Source: Wallemia ichthyophaga EXF-994 | Lineage: Eukaryota; Fungi; Basidiomycota | Direction of reading: 5' to 3' | Assembly: GCF_000400465.1 (NCBI RefSeq) | Contig: NW_008806280.1 | Span: 20,001-268,000, forward strand | Length of the DNA: 248,000 nucleotides | Shown: piece after piece, positions 140,211 to 154,212 of the stretch | How positions within the stretch are numbered: position 1 is the stretch's first letter | Layout of the letters: every line of letters starts with the position of its first letter | Notes under the pieces: model-generated | Seen by the model: the letters and a program-made list of their open reading frames with translations, nothing else | Databases searched by the model: none | Told to the model about the DNA's origin: nothing | Position numbers and translations under genes: made by a program

Positions 140211-141029
140211 TTACTTGGCTGATTGCTTGCGCCCTGCGACGTGCCCTACCGACACCGGTCTTCCAGCCACCCACGACGCCCTGCCGCCTTCTGAGGGCGA
140301 TTGGAACGCTGATTTGAAGCTCGACTGTCTCGAGTTGACCGACGACGACCGGACTGACGGCGCTTTTGGCGTCGACCCGTGTATCGATGTCGCTGCGCCT
140401 TCCGCAACTGTGACGCACACAAGCGGGAACGCTCCCTCTCTGAAGGACGATCCTAGGATCTGGCCAGCAGCCCATGCATCGTCGTAGATCCGCGTCACTC
140501 TGATTGTCTGGTCAGGCATTATTGTCAGCTCATCTGGGAGCGCTGCGTTGTAAGGATAGAGAACGAATACGTTTGATCTGCAATTCCGTTAATCTGAGCT
140601 CTCGTTTTCAATGTCGCCGCCTCACCCGGGATAAATGAATGTGTCCTGCGATTGGTTGGTGTCTTTGTAGCTGTCCATCAGGTTCGGCTGGCTTTCTTCT
140701 GCGGCTCCCCCGCTAGAAGTCTGTACAGACTGCTGGATCGAGTTCCTGAAGTTGTCGTCGGCGTTTGAGCCCGGCTTCTCCAAACCGTGGTCGTAGTGGT
140801 GGTCGTGATCGTGATCGTGGTCGTTGCTCAGCGGCTGCGGAGGTGGCTGGCCGTAGTTGTTGCCATTCTCCGCGCTGTTGATCTTCTCAATGTTGTTCGA
140901 CCTCGTCTTCTCCACTGCGTTGCTGCGTTTCTTCAGAAGGTACAGCAGCACAAATATAATGGCTATCAAAACTACTCCAACGACTACTCCTACTACGACG
141001 CCTGCAATGGCTCCTCCTGATAATCCCAT
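140211..141029 (-). CDS. Single-TM hypothetical protein
   Basis: GAIAGVVVGVVVG TM followed by basic residues. Confidence 0.6.
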
Positions 141030-141709
141030 TCTGCGTTTCGAATATGACGGTTACTTGTTATGATCTGTTTGCGACGGCCTGTGCGTGGTAAGTCTTAACG
141101 AACGAATATTTTTAGTGAGTGGGTGGAGGTGGAACAATTATCGGTGACTTGTACCGCTTTATAGCCGCTTTGATAGTCTATGGTATTGTGGATGCTCTAT
141201 TCTTTCCCATAGTCGTCCTCCTGCACGTCGGCAACGCAGGTCAAATTTTTCTGCACAGACGGCTATTGCGAGAATACATTGTTGGTGCTCCTGAATGAAT
141301 GGCTCTATGCGTCGCTCCTCTTCTCTCTCCTCTACGTCCTCTCATTTCCGCTGAAACTCGCTTCGGGGGCTATTCCCGGCGAACCACACACATTATTCAT
141401 CGGCCAGGGCATTATGTTAGGGTGGTCATTCGCCGCCCTAATTGCCCGCCGTAACCCATGCGCTCGCACGGATCATCAAAGTTGTTTCACCATCCAAGCT
141501 GTCACTCGGCATTGTGGAGGTGCGTTCGATCTACAGCGATAAGGATCGCAGGCTTTGTAGTGCTACGTTTCAGCTCGTGCGTAATCTCATGTACCTCTAC
141601 GATCACTTCTCTCTAATCATGGGAATCAATTTTTTGACATCTTCTAATCACACAATGCGTAACTGATTATACATCTGTTTATGATTCTATACAATACATT
141701 AAATTTGCT

Positions 141710-143340
141710 CTATTTCAATGCACGCGGTTTTTCTAAACGACTCTTAAGCTTTCGAGAGTGGTGGAGTGCCTTCCTGGGCAGTGTCTTAATAGCCTTGACT
141801 AAGCCCAGTGGATCGTGAATATTCGACAGCGAGGCCATGAATGCCATAACTATGCTGATCCCGACAAGCACATCAATGCCGAAATCCTCAACGATGAACG
141901 ACACAGCGAGCGGTCCGACGATGACGCCTGTGGTGGACGTCGCCAACGCGAGCGACACAGTAGTCTCGATAAACGGCGGGTTGATATCACGCGACATATT
142001 GCCCCACATATTGGGCATTGTCGGAGCGAGTGTTGCGCCTATGAATGCGTTGAGAACGCTCACTGGCGCTATACCGCGCACTTTATCAATCGATACGAGG
142101 AAAATGCACGTCAGCCAGAGTAACATTAGGTTCGAGCGCTTGTACCCCACTCTGCAATACAAATGCGAGAAGCATAGCATGCTCACCGTCGCACCGGAGC
142201 GGTACACCGCTAGCTCGAATGCACCAATGGAAAGTATTTTGAAGTGCAGATCCTTTACTTCCTTAACATACGTCGACATCCAATGCGCCCACCTTTTTGA
142301 ATCGATTAGCGCCGCGTCTCCAAGCAGAGCTCTACTCACGTTTCGGTGATGAGCTGACTCAGTGTGAGTGAGAGTATCCTCTTCCATAGCTTCTTGTCTG
142401 CCACCACATCCCTCCACTTCTGCTTTAACGGCAGCACGTCTCCTTTACTCCCTGCAAGGATGAAATTTCTAAAGACAAAGAACTGGACAATACCCAGAAA
142501 TCCAAAATACGCAAGGAATATCCAGAAGAAATGCTTCCATGTTGTGAAATGCTGTATCAGACGTAGCAGAAATGGTGCCGTAGTCTGGCCGACGGAACCA
142601 AAACCGTAGATAACGCCGATCATCGCGCTTTCCCTGCACTGCATCAGCACCGATATAGCCATACTCCTGCCCATTGCAATCCCGATGCCGAGAGTAGCCA
142701 TACCAAAGACGAAGACCTGCATCGGTGGGCCGAGTGCGAGCGAGAAGGCGCCGATGCCAATGATGAATGACGAGAAGAGCGTAGTGACTCTGACGCTAAG
142801 ATATTGCGACATGAGGCAGCCAATTAGAGGACCAAGAACGGATCCTGCGCCGTACAAACGAACTGAGATAATCAGATAATTGCTCTTGATCTTATCGTTG
142901 ATATCGAGCGATGATGTTAGCGTGTCGACAAAGGAGTCACTACACCCAAAGCCTACAAACAGCAGCAAGACGACTCCGTATATTAGCCACTTGTCTACCG
143001 CTTTCATCGATTTGGTGAAGAGTTTGCCGAATATCCATACTCGTCTGATAGCGCCATCGCCTTTGGAATGCTTTGAATTCGCCAAGTCATCGATTCTAGA
143101 TCCACTCTTGATCTAAGACGTAATTCATTGCTTTTACTCGATCTTTTTTATTACATTTTCGATCAAATAGAATACTTGTCGTCGAAGCGGTATTCGTCCG
143201 GCATTCGAGCGCCGTGGAAGTGAGCGTATTGAGGTCGATGTGCAAGGAGAGAAGATCGGATTGTTCGGAGCGGCTTGGAGCACGCGGAACATTGCCAAAT
143301 ATTATTCTCACAAGCACGTTATACCCTGCGGAGTCCACTA
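141710..143340 (-). CDS. MFS transporter (fucose permease/Bsc6-like)
   Basis: Two hydrophobic halves; YGFGSVGQTTAP; SIGAFE. Confidence 0.65.
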
Positions 143341-143448
143341 TTCATTTGTACCTAAGTATCATTTGACTTAAGGGTGCATTCTCTTGCATGACCACGTGAA
143401 TGTTCTTGGTACTTAAATAGTGGGCTTATTTACCTTTCATCCTCAACA

Positions 143449-146386
143449 ATGAAGCTCAAACTCGCAACAGCCGCGTTTGTCTCAGCCGCGGTGGCACTTA
143501 CTCCACTATCGTCTGAAGACTACACAAGTAAAATTAAAGACTGTCCCGGATATGCGGTCGACAGTGCTCAAACTGAACATACTACAAACGGTCTCAAGGC
143601 GCACCTCCAGCTGGCCGGTGACGCATGCAACGCTTTTGGTGAAGATGTACAGAACCTCACCTTAGAGGCGACATATGAGACTAAAGAGCGTCTACACGTC
143701 AAGATATACGATCAGGTGAGAATGGTTTCTGACACGACGGCGAATACCAATCTAACATCTGAGACAGGAAGAGAAACATTTCCAAGTCCCTGAAGATATC
143801 TTTGAGCGTCCTCAATTTGAGGAAAATGAGGCGCTGAAGAACAGCTCTGATTTGCAGTTCGACTACACAGAAGCACCATTCGCTTTCTGGATCACTAGGA
143901 GATCTAACGGCCAAGTATTGTTCGATACACGCTTATCAGAAATTCCATCCTACAGCGAACCTTTCGACGCAAATGATACATCGGCAAGCGTCTCGGTGAT
144001 GCCTAACCACAATCTTATCTTCGAGCCACAATACATACAACTGTCATCGGCACTCCCTCAACAGGCCAACATTTATGGTCTTGGTGAGGCTGTGACACCA
144101 CACTACCGTCGCAACAGCTCCTACACCCGCCAAACCAACTGGTCAAACGACGAGGGCACACCTAGGAACACCAACATTTATGGAAGTCATCCATTCTACA
144201 TTGAAAATAGAGTGAAAGATGGCAAGTCTTTCAATCACGGTGTATTACTACTCTCTTCGAATGGTCTTGAGACCTGGCTTAGGGATGGAGTATTTCAACA
144301 GAGAATCATTGGCGGTGTTTTAGATTACTACTTCCTTTCAGGTGGTGAAGGTGAAAACAAACCAGCAGACGTTATTCGCAACTACTCTGAAGTTGTAGGC
144401 AAGCCATATCTCCCACCATACTGGACATTAGGATTTCACATGACGCGTTGGGGATACGAGAATGACAGCGACTTTGAATCAATCTTGAACGATATGCGCG
144501 ATGCAGGGATCCCGCAAGAGTCAGCATTCATGGATATTGACTTCATGCTCGCTTACCGTGATTGGACAGTCGATCAAAATCGATTCAGCAGACTGAGAGA
144601 GATTGTCGACAAATTGCACGAGCGTGGTCAGAAATTCGTACCGATCCACGACAACGCTATTCCTATCACGAGAAACGAGTCAGATGCATATGATTTCTAC
144701 ACAAGCGGCCACGAGCAGGATGTCTTTATTAAGAACCAGAATGGCACTGAGTACATTGGACAAGTTTGGCCAGGTGAGTTGCAATTTTTTCGTACAGACA
144801 AAGCTAATGTTGGTTGAGGTTACACTGTTTTCCCTGATCCATATGCCGAAAATGCTACCAAATGGTGGACAGAGTCGTTCCAGAAGTTCCACGATGAAAT
144901 TCCTTTCGACTCTATCTGGCTTGATATGACAGAGCCTGCATCTTTCAACTCTGGGTCTCTCAATGGGATGGGTCCTCTCGCTCAATACCAACCTTCGGAA
145001 GTCACGTCGTGGCCAGAGGGTTATAATAACACTATAAGTGGAAACAGCGGAAATATTACTATCGATGGGGATCTCACATACAAGCAACAATCACAGCAAT
145101 CACCATCGCGTCGCCAGATGCTCAGTAGACGGATGGGAACGCTTGAAACGGTGGATAATGATCTGGAGAAGCTCACGTTCCCACCCTACCAAATCCACCT
145201 TGGAACGCCGGAAGAGTTTTTCACGTTGGGACACGATACGGTATCTGCTAATGCAACGCACGAGAATGGGTTTGACGAGTATGATGTGCACAACCTGAAC
145301 GGTCATATGGTGGCGAAGATGACACGTGATGCACTCGATACTATCTACGGGGGGAACAGATCGATGATTATAGCGAGAAGCAACTTTGTTGGAATGGGTA
145401 CCTTCTCGCAGCACTGGCTTGGAGATAATTACTCAACGTGGATGTCTATGCGCGACTCAATCAAAGGATTGTTCCAGTTCAGTGCTTTCCAGATGCCATT
145501 TGTGGGTGCAGACGCGTGTGGATTCGGCGGCAACACGGACGAAGAGCTGTGCACGAGATGGATGATGCTCGCATCGTTAACGCCGTTCTACAGGAACCAC
145601 AATACACATGGCGCGATACCGCAGGAGCCATATAGATGGGACTCTACAGCGAATGCTACAAAGACTGCAATCAACACGCGCTACCAATTACTACCATATA
145701 TGTACAGCACCTTGTACAAACAGTCAGTCGATGGAACGCCAGTGATGAGACCGCTTTTCTATGAATTCCCAACTCACTCTGAGCTACTCGATTGGGATGA
145801 TCAATTCTTGGTCGGCGATCATCTTCTCGTGTCGCCAGCGCTCTTCCCTAACGTTACACAAGTCGACGCTTACTTCCCGGGAGATGAACCATATTACGAC
145901 TGGTACAGCCACCAGAAAGTGAATGTAACTGATGAGCACTCTTCAGTTACACTCGATGCTGGTTTGACTGATCTCAATGTACACTTGCGCGGAGGCGCTT
146001 TCATGCTGTTGCATAGCGAGCCTGGAATGACCGTCACGGAAACTACAGAGACGCCATTCAACGCATTGGTCACACTGAGCAAGGACAAGAAAGCGGAAGG
146101 ACAGTACTACTTTGACGACGGATTCAGTCAATTCAACGAGACAGTCACATGTGTCATGTTCAATGTGAGTGCAGAGGGAATGCAATCGCGCGTCGAGATG
146201 AACAACTACGATATCGGTCAGCCACTGAACAGGGTGGATATTATAGGCTGGGATGGAGAGCCACCAAAGAGCGTGATGAATGGGGATGCTCAAGTGGAGT
146301 TCAATTACGATGCTGATAGTCAAACACTCTCACTTCACAGCTTGAATCACATGCTGAACGAGTCGATGGACATTACTTTCGATTAA
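143449..146386 (+). CDS. GH31 alpha-glucosidase (secreted)
   Basis: Signal peptide; WLDMTEP, HWLGDN, GADACGF. Confidence 0.92.
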
Positions 146387-147173
146387 TCTTCTCAATGCGA
146401 TTGATTAGATGATTTGATGACTAACGTGTATAAAAGGATATGAATGCAATGCCTTAACCTGTGATTTGATTAATGACGTGTGCTTGATAGTGTCATTGTG
146501 CGATTATGCGCTGATTGCAGGAGATAGTGCGTTAATGAGATTTCGATGAGGCTGCGCACATATAGAAAGAAAGCCACAGTACGTGTACACATGTCATGCA
146601 TGCCATATCGATGTAATATTACAATTGCTAAAATTTTCATGCGTCCGAATAAGAAACAGAGAGAAGAGCGATGAAATGATAAGACCCAAGAAACAAGAGC
146701 TCATTTAAACGAGATAACTCTCCAAGACAGTTGCAGATTTGCCTAATGGGTGTTAGATGGGTGTTGAAGAAATCAAGGAATCAGAAACTCACGACGTTGC
146801 AAGTGCTCCCTTGGAGTACGCTCAACTGGCTGTGGATTGAGTTGCAATTTGCTTTGTGCGGCTGTGTCGGTTGCGGATGGCCTGCGGTGGGCGATAGGTG
146901 ATTGTGGAGAAGCGGTGGAGAGGGATTGAGCTGCCAATGTCATTTTAGATGAAGAAGAAGTATCAAGGAAGATATGCGCCCCTTAAATCCACCGGCATGC
147001 GTGGCTCGATTTGAGACTAGAAGCGAGGCTAGGCCAGCTGAGATTATGAGGCGGAGACAGGTGATCTAGCGGTAATTAAAACAACTGTGTAAATATGATT
147101 ATTTTACAGGATAATTTATTTAATTATCATTTTGGCGTGCATCGTGCATCTCCACGCTTAGTTCAATACATCC

Positions 147174-148759
147174 ACTATGTCGAGCAGCAGCGGCAATAGC
147201 TCCATCGTCGCTGTACATTACCGAGTTGGCAAGAAAATAGGAGAAGGCAGCTTTGGTGTGATATTTGAGGGTGAGTCGATTGATTGGTTTAGTTGGTTGA
147301 TTCACTGACGTGGTTTCATAGGCACAAACCTCCTTAACTCACAGACTGTGGCTATTAAATTCGTGCGTTTATTAGGAATTTTGAAGCAACCGCTAATAAC
147401 CAATAGGAACCACGTAAATCAGATGCACCACAACTCCGCGATGAATACAGATCCTACAAAATACTCGCAAATTCACCGGGAATCCCTCAAGTCTACTACT
147501 TTGGTCAAGAAGGCTTGCACAATATCCTTGTCATCGACTTACTTGGCCCTTCGCTTGAAGATTTATTCGATATGTGTAGCAGGAAATTTAGCATAAAAAC
147601 GGTCGTAATGACAGCCAAGCAAATGATTTCTAGAGTTCAATCCATTCATGAGCGTAACCTCATCTATCGTGATATTAAACCTGATAATTTTCTCATTGGT
147701 CGTCCGAATACCAAGAATGGCTCCACTGTTCATGTTATTGACTTTGGTATGGCCAAGCAATACAGAGATCCAAAGACTAAGCAGCACATTCCTTATAGAG
147801 AGAGAAAATCCCTTTCTGGCACTGCTAGGTACATGTCCATCAATACTCACTTGGGTAGAGAACAATCTAGACGCGACGACTTGGAATCATTGGGTCATGT
147901 CTTCATGTATTTCCTTCGTGGTGGACTTCCTTGGCAAGGCTTGAAAGCTGCTACCAATAAGCAGAAGTATGAGAAGATTGGTGAAAAGAAGCAACTCACT
148001 CCCATCAAAGAGCTCTGTGAGGGCTACCCGGAGGAGTTTGGCATCTACCTTAACTATGTTAGGAAACTTGGATTCGAAGAAACCCCCGATTATGATTTCT
148101 TGAGAGATTTGTTCACTAAAGTGTTGAAGAACTCTGGTCAAGTTGAAGACGGTGTCTACGATTGGATGTTGATTAATAACGGAAAGGGTTGGGAAGCTGC
148201 TCAATCATCTGCACACCGTGATCATCATCACAGACATCGTGAGAGAGAAAGAGAGAGAGCAGACTATAGAAGATCTCAAGCCGCTGCTGCTGCTGCTGCT
148301 GCTGCAGGTGGAAATGGACAAAGTGGTAACACAGCAGGTGGCGTTTTACCACCATCTCCCGCTTTAGTCAGACATGGATCGAAACGTGGTCGCAATACAG
148401 GGAATTTGAACACGTCGTCACAGATGCTCACACCGGCATCACCCGCTAATGGTCAGCAACCACCGAATTCACGCAGACAGTCACAGCAAAACCAAATGAA
148501 TAATCAACATCCATACGCCTCCACTACAGGTGCTGTTATGTCTCCTTCAGATGCTGGTGACGGAAATGCAGGATCTCCTTCGCCTGGAAGAGAAGGTAAT
148601 CGCGGGAAAGGATATTTTAACAATCAACAAGAAAATCAAGGTATATCAAATCAAAATGTTGATCAAGCTGGTGGAATCAATCAAACTAACTCACAGGACA
148701 AGTCTAAGAAAGGTTCAAGTAATAAATTAATGGACATACTAACTTGCCGTTGTATATGA
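147174..148759 (+). CDS. Casein kinase I (Yck/CK1-gamma type)
   Basis: [27 protein letters not shown]; C-terminal CRC. Confidence 0.93.
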
Positions 148760-148992
148760 GGTGATAGAAAAGAAGAGAACAAGATACCAAAGTCGATATA
148801 GTAAAATTCAAAGATTGAAAAATTTCACTTAGGCTCCCTTTCCACTAATCATCACTTTCATACCCCGTGAAGCTTAAATAGCAAAGCTGAGATGGCACAG
148901 CTGAATTGGCACATGAATCAATAAGAAGAATAACTGAATAAAACACTCATTTCGCTTAATATTTACACTCTTTTAATACATTGTTTAGTTTA

Positions 148993-149766
148993 CTATGAAG
149001 ATGGTTTTTCAAATTGCTCCCATTTTGATGCGGGGAATATGTGTTTGTTGTTGTGATACCAGGTGCGTTGTACAACCTTAGCGGGTGAGTCAGCGTCTGT
149101 AAAATTAAACAGCTCGCCTTGTTTTGAACGTGTTTGATTTACTTGAAAGTCGTAGAAAGAGTAATGCGGGGGTAAAATGAGGTCGTTCTTTATAAGCATA
149201 AGGTTATCCACATGATTTGACCTTAGTTGAGTGAAATTCTGTCTAGATTTGTCTAAAAATCGAGTGAAAGTGTCGCCTTTGTTGCAAGTAAGGGATGAAG
149301 GATGACTAGTACCATCAAAGAAAGCGAAATGAATTGTCAACTCCTCAGATTTAATCTGTTCCTGCTTTTCAAGGAACTCAATACGAAGAATTTCACGCTG
149401 AGAAGTCTCACTGATGTCTCTATCCCTATCAGGTAAGAAGGAAGTGTCTACCTGAGGATTTTTAGACAATTTCTTGATATTTAGATTGCCATGGCGTATA
149501 TCATCGCCATGATGAATATCATCACCATCCTCAACATCACCATCGGCGAAGGACAACTTGGATGAGGATTTTTTAGTTTTAGATTTCTTTTTGGGGCGTG
149601 CAGCATGTGAGGAAGTACCAGCAGCGTCTCTCGCAGCCTGCTCTTCAATTTGCTTACGTTTGAGTTTGAAGTCATCGAGGTGAACCAAACCTATGGTATT
149701 CTTCTTTAAGGATTCCTCAACGGATTCCTTATTTTCCGCCCTTTTTGTTGAAAATTCCTTTGACAT
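148993..149766 (-). CDS. XAP5/FAM50 protein
   Basis: TIGLVHLDDFK; SFLPDRDR; KVVQRTWYHNNKHIFPASKWE. Confidence 0.88.
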   Translation of the reverse strand: MSKEFSTKRAENKESVEESLKKNTIGLVHLDDFKLKRKQIEEQAARDAAGTSSHAARPKKKSKTKKSSSKLSFADGDVEDGDDIHHGDDIRHGNLNIKKLSKNPQVDTSFLPDRDRDISETSQREILRIEFLEKQEQIKSEELTIHFAFFDGTSHPSSLTCNKGDTFTRFLDKSRQNFTQLRSNHVDNLMLIKNDLILPPHYSFYDFQVNQTRSKQGELFNFTDADSPAKVVQRTWYHNNKHIFPASKWEQFEKPSS

Positions 149767-149858
149767 TTACGTGTGTTCTCTCTTCGCAGTGAATGCTCAA
149801 GCGCACAGCGAGGAATTTGTGGCATAAAATGGAAACAACGAATACGTGGAATATACCA

Positions 149859-152170
149859 ATGAAGGCGACTCAAGAGCCCGTGCTACACGTCTATAATTCA
149901 CTCAGTCGATCCAAAGTGGGTGGTGTGGTGTACAACCACTAAATACTCAAGTTACACAGGTCCCTTTCATTCCTACGCACGGTAGATCCGTCACTTGGTA
150001 TAACTGCGGTCCGACCGTTTACGATTCTTCCCATATGGGCCACGCTCGCAACTACCTCACTCAGGACATCATACGCAGAATCCTACGCGACTATTTCAGC
150101 TACGACGTTAAATTTGTCATGAACATTACAGACGTCGATGATAAGATCATCTTGAAAGCCAGGCACAGCTATTTGTTCAACAAGTACAAGCAAGACAATG
150201 GCGTGGCTAACGATACCGTCAAACGCGATTTAGTTGCTTCATTTGAGGCATTCGTTGAGAAAGTGAAACCATCATTTAGTTCTATACCACCAAATTCATC
150301 CTCCCCCCAAGAATACGCGGCGGCTGTTATCGATCACTCTCACTCTCTCCTTCCTTCTTGGCTTGAACACGAACCTAAGGCGGGAATGTACGTGCAAACT
150401 CTCAAGGACTCCCTCGAAGCACTCCAGACACTCTCACTCGACAAGGCTTACGATATTCTCTCTCCATACCTCGACAAGCACCACGGAGAGAGTGTAACCG
150501 ATCCTGCTATTTTCAGATCCTTAGCTGCTTACTGGGAGGCTGCTTTCTTCAAAGACATGGCCGCACTTAATGTCGAAAAACCTGATACACTCACCCGAGT
150601 GAGCGAGTATGTGCCTGAAATCATCCACTTTGTCGAGAAGATTATCAGTAATGGATACGCATATGCCGTTGAAGATGGGAGTGTGTATTTCGATACGAAA
150701 GCATTCGACCATTCTAAGTCGCGCAAAGGGTTTGAGCACGTGTACGCCAAATTACAGCCATGGTCGAAAGGTAGCAAGGAGTTGATCGACGAGGGTGAAG
150801 GGAGTCTAAGTAGTGGGGGAACGGGAAAGAAGGGCAATTCAGATTTCGCGCTATGGAAGGCGTCTAAACCGGGTGAGCCATCGTGGCAGTCTCCTTGGGG
150901 CGCAGGCAGACCAGGATGGCACATCGAGTGCAGTGTTATGGCGTCCGAAGTTCTCGGTCATAACATAGACATACATTCAGGCGGTGTAGATCTGAAATTT
151001 CCTCACCATGACAACGAAATTGCCCAGAGCGAGGCGTGTCATGACTGTCCAGCGTGGATTAACTACTTCCTTCACACAGGCCACCTTCACATCGAAGGGC
151101 AGAAGATGTCCAAATCTTTGAAAAACTTCATCACCATCGACGACGCTCTCGCTAGGTACTCACCCAGACAGCTGCGCCTAGCGTTTATGCTGCAGCTGTG
151201 GAACACGCCGATGGACTTCAAGGAGAGTGCGATGGCGGAAGTGCGCAACTACGAGAGCATGCTGAGCAACTACTTCAGCAATATCCGCGCACTGCTGCGC
151301 GACAGGCGCGATAGAGAGGTAGGAGAAACTGAGAGAGAGTTGGAGTGGGACGGCAGACACCACTACGATGCGCGCGAAAAGGAGCTGGATGGGAAGCTGA
151401 CGGCGGCGAAAGAAGGAGTGCGCGTAGCGCTTTGCGACAGCTTCAATACGCCTTCCGCACTGCAGGTCATGGGCAGTCTGGTGAGTGACGCTAATGTTTA
151501 CATGGCGCAACAGCGCGCGGCGAACACGGTCATGAATGTAGATGTACTAGAGAATATAGCCAAGTACGTCACGCGTATGCTGTCGATATATGGCGTCATA
151601 CCCACATCGCAGCTGCTCGAGATCGGCTGGGCTGATGCGCAGGGCGAGCAGAACAGGAGCAGAGAGGAGGACGTCATGCCTTACGTTAAGGCCCTGTCCT
151701 CTTTCAGAGACAGCGTCCGTCAGATCAGCATCGAAAATAAGGATGATGGCCTCGCGCAGATTCTTAGACTCTGCGATCGCATGCGCGATGAGGACTGCGT
151801 CGATCTCGGCATCGCACTTGATGACCAAAACAGCGGTAAGGCACTCGCTAAGCTGGTCAACCCCGATGAGCTACGCGCGGCAAGGTCCGAGAAAGAACGC
151901 CAAATAACCGCTAAAGCTGAGAGATCGAGGTTGGTAAAAGAACAGGCTGAGCTGAAGCGCGTCGAGAAACTCAAGAAGAGCAGCATCAACCCGGCGGAAA
152001 TGTTCAAGGGGCTGCAGGAGTATTCGAAGCTCGATCAAGATGGGATACCTACCCACGACAGCCACGGTGAAGAGTTATCTAAGAAACGCCGCAAGAATGT
152101 CATCAAAGAATACGAAATACAGGCTAAGGCGTATAGAGAATACTTAGACGCTGGTAGTCCTTCCGTCTGA
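149859..152170 (+). CDS. CRS1: Cysteinyl-tRNA synthetase
   Basis: CGPTVYD, HMGH, GRPGWHIECS, KMSKS. Confidence 0.94.
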
Positions 152171-152272
152171 AGATGAGTGAAGAAGTTTTAAGAAGATATT
152201 CATAATGCATGTATATTATAGTTGCTGTGACTCCTCTTATGCTCCGCGTGCTCTCAGTCCACCACCACCAAA

Positions 152273-152623
152273 ATGGCGTCACTGAGAAATAATTTAGGCG
152301 TGCTGAATAAAATATTACGGGTTGATAATATAACAGTGCAAGAACGGATATCACTACTGTCACTCAAAGTTGGTCTTGTGGGCGATAGAGAGAAGATGGA
152401 GATACATGTGGAATTATCACAGCTATACAGCTCACTCAATCAGCTAGAATTGGCTTATGTGGAATTAGATCAGGCAGGCGTGGCTGTACAAAACGACAAA
152501 GCGAAAGTAATACAGATACTTGGTATGAAAGTTGATATCGAGCATAGGAGACAGAGGTTGAACAGGGCACAGCAGCTGCTCAACCAGATCGAGAAGCTGG
152601 AGAAGCTGGAGAAGTTGGAGTAG
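152273..152623 (+). CDS. Small hypothetical protein
   Basis: 116-aa helical ORF. Confidence 0.4.
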   Translation: MASLRNNLGVLNKILRVDNITVQERISLLSLKVGLVGDREKMEIHVELSQLYSSLNQLELAYVELDQAGVAVQNDKAKVIQILGMKVDIEHRRQRLNRAQQLLNQIEKLEKLEKLE

Positions 152624-152645
152624 CTCGAGTAGCTGTAAACTCCAA

Positions 152646-154023
152646 TCAAATGGCATTCCTAATCGATTCAGCGACCGGGGAGAGTGGTTGACTGGTAAAA
152701 TTTTGTTGGTAGGCTTGTTGATGGTGGTGTGGTTGGTGTTGTGGTTGATATTGTTGCTGGTGTTGTTGCTGGTGATTTTGCTGCTGCTGCCCACTCTGCC
152801 CACTCGTTACACTCGGATCAAGCGTAATTAACTCATCTTTAATCGCCTGTCTTGCAATCTCGTTGAGGTCTTTGGTCAGTGTCATGAGAATTTTCTTCAG
152901 TTTACCCTCAGCCTTCCAAATTAGATCGAGTGAGTGTATTGGGAGATCTGACTTGAGTGTAGATGTGCTGTTATTGCGTTTAATGCTCTGCGGATGAGTA
153001 TCTGAGAAAGACATGGACATTGACATGGACATGGGTGCTGTGAGGCTGTTGTGCTGAGATGTTTGCGCAGAAGCCTGACTTTGCAGTGATGCTGATGATG
153101 GCTGTGTTGATAGTTGGGGGAGTTGAGGTGGAGGCGATGAGGCTGTATTCGTTGGTGATAGACTGAATGTGTTTGCTGTGTTAGGACCATGACTATGACT
153201 ATTCACCGTCGATAATGGCGATAGTGGACTTGACATTGCAGGACTTGTTGAGTAGGGATTGCTGCTATTGTTCACCACATTCGACCCTAGTGTTGAAGAT
153301 ATTTTGCAATAGATCTGTACCAAGATATCACACAGTGAGTAAATGACTTCAAAGTAAGACAGCTGGAAGGGTATATTAGGGTTAGTGAGGTATGTAATAT
153401 CAGAGGTATCGCTATTTGCTGTTGGACGTTTAGAGTGCTTTGTCTTGAACAAATTTTTGATCTTTGGTTTATAATTGTCATCGTCTAGATTATCATATTC
153501 AGAGAGAGTAGCTGCGAGACTCTTGATAAAGTCAGCTGGCTGGTTGTTATCAAGGTGGTAGCTGAGTGAGAGGCCAAGAACGAGAAATTTGTGTGTTCTG
153601 TGGATGTATTTAAGAAATGTAACCTAATAAAAAGATAAACGCACCTCTTTGACATTTTGTAGTCGTCCAAAGATGGTTCTAGGTCTGATCTAGAGAGTAA
153701 TACCGTATTAAACCAGTGTAAACGGCTGTATAAGCTATTAAACCAAGAGCACTTCATCTAGCACACCAAACTTACCCCTCATACGCCATTCTCATCAGCT
153801 TAAACGACTTGATACGCTTAACCATCGTATCATTGAGCAAATCAATGCCATCTGCATCTGAGGAACTGATAGCGATATTCTCCACTGGATCGCTGTTCTG
153901 CCTGGAGCGAGAAGAAGATGCGGATGTGCCGAGTGTAGATAGCAAATTGGATGCAGAAGACTTTCTCCGGATACCTTCACGTCTGCTAATTGGAGTTGAG
154001 TCGTTGTGAAAGAGTGTTTCCAT
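152646..154023 (-). CDS. Hypothetical protein (multi-exon)
   Basis: YLTNPNIPFQLSYFEVIYSLCDIL; Gln-rich tail. Confidence 0.6.
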
Positions 154024-154212
154024 TATTTAGAGATTTTATGATTTTACTTGAAATTAAAAGAGTTGCTTGAAATTTACTAGAGTTGGTTTGAATTAATAGA
154101 GTTTAGCCGTTGGTGGTCTTGGTCGATGAGTAATTCCCATGACGGAGTTTTCGAGTAAATGGAGTGAGCTATCGAATCAGTTGAAGGAGTTAGACGGTGT
154201 ATTTGGCTGTGA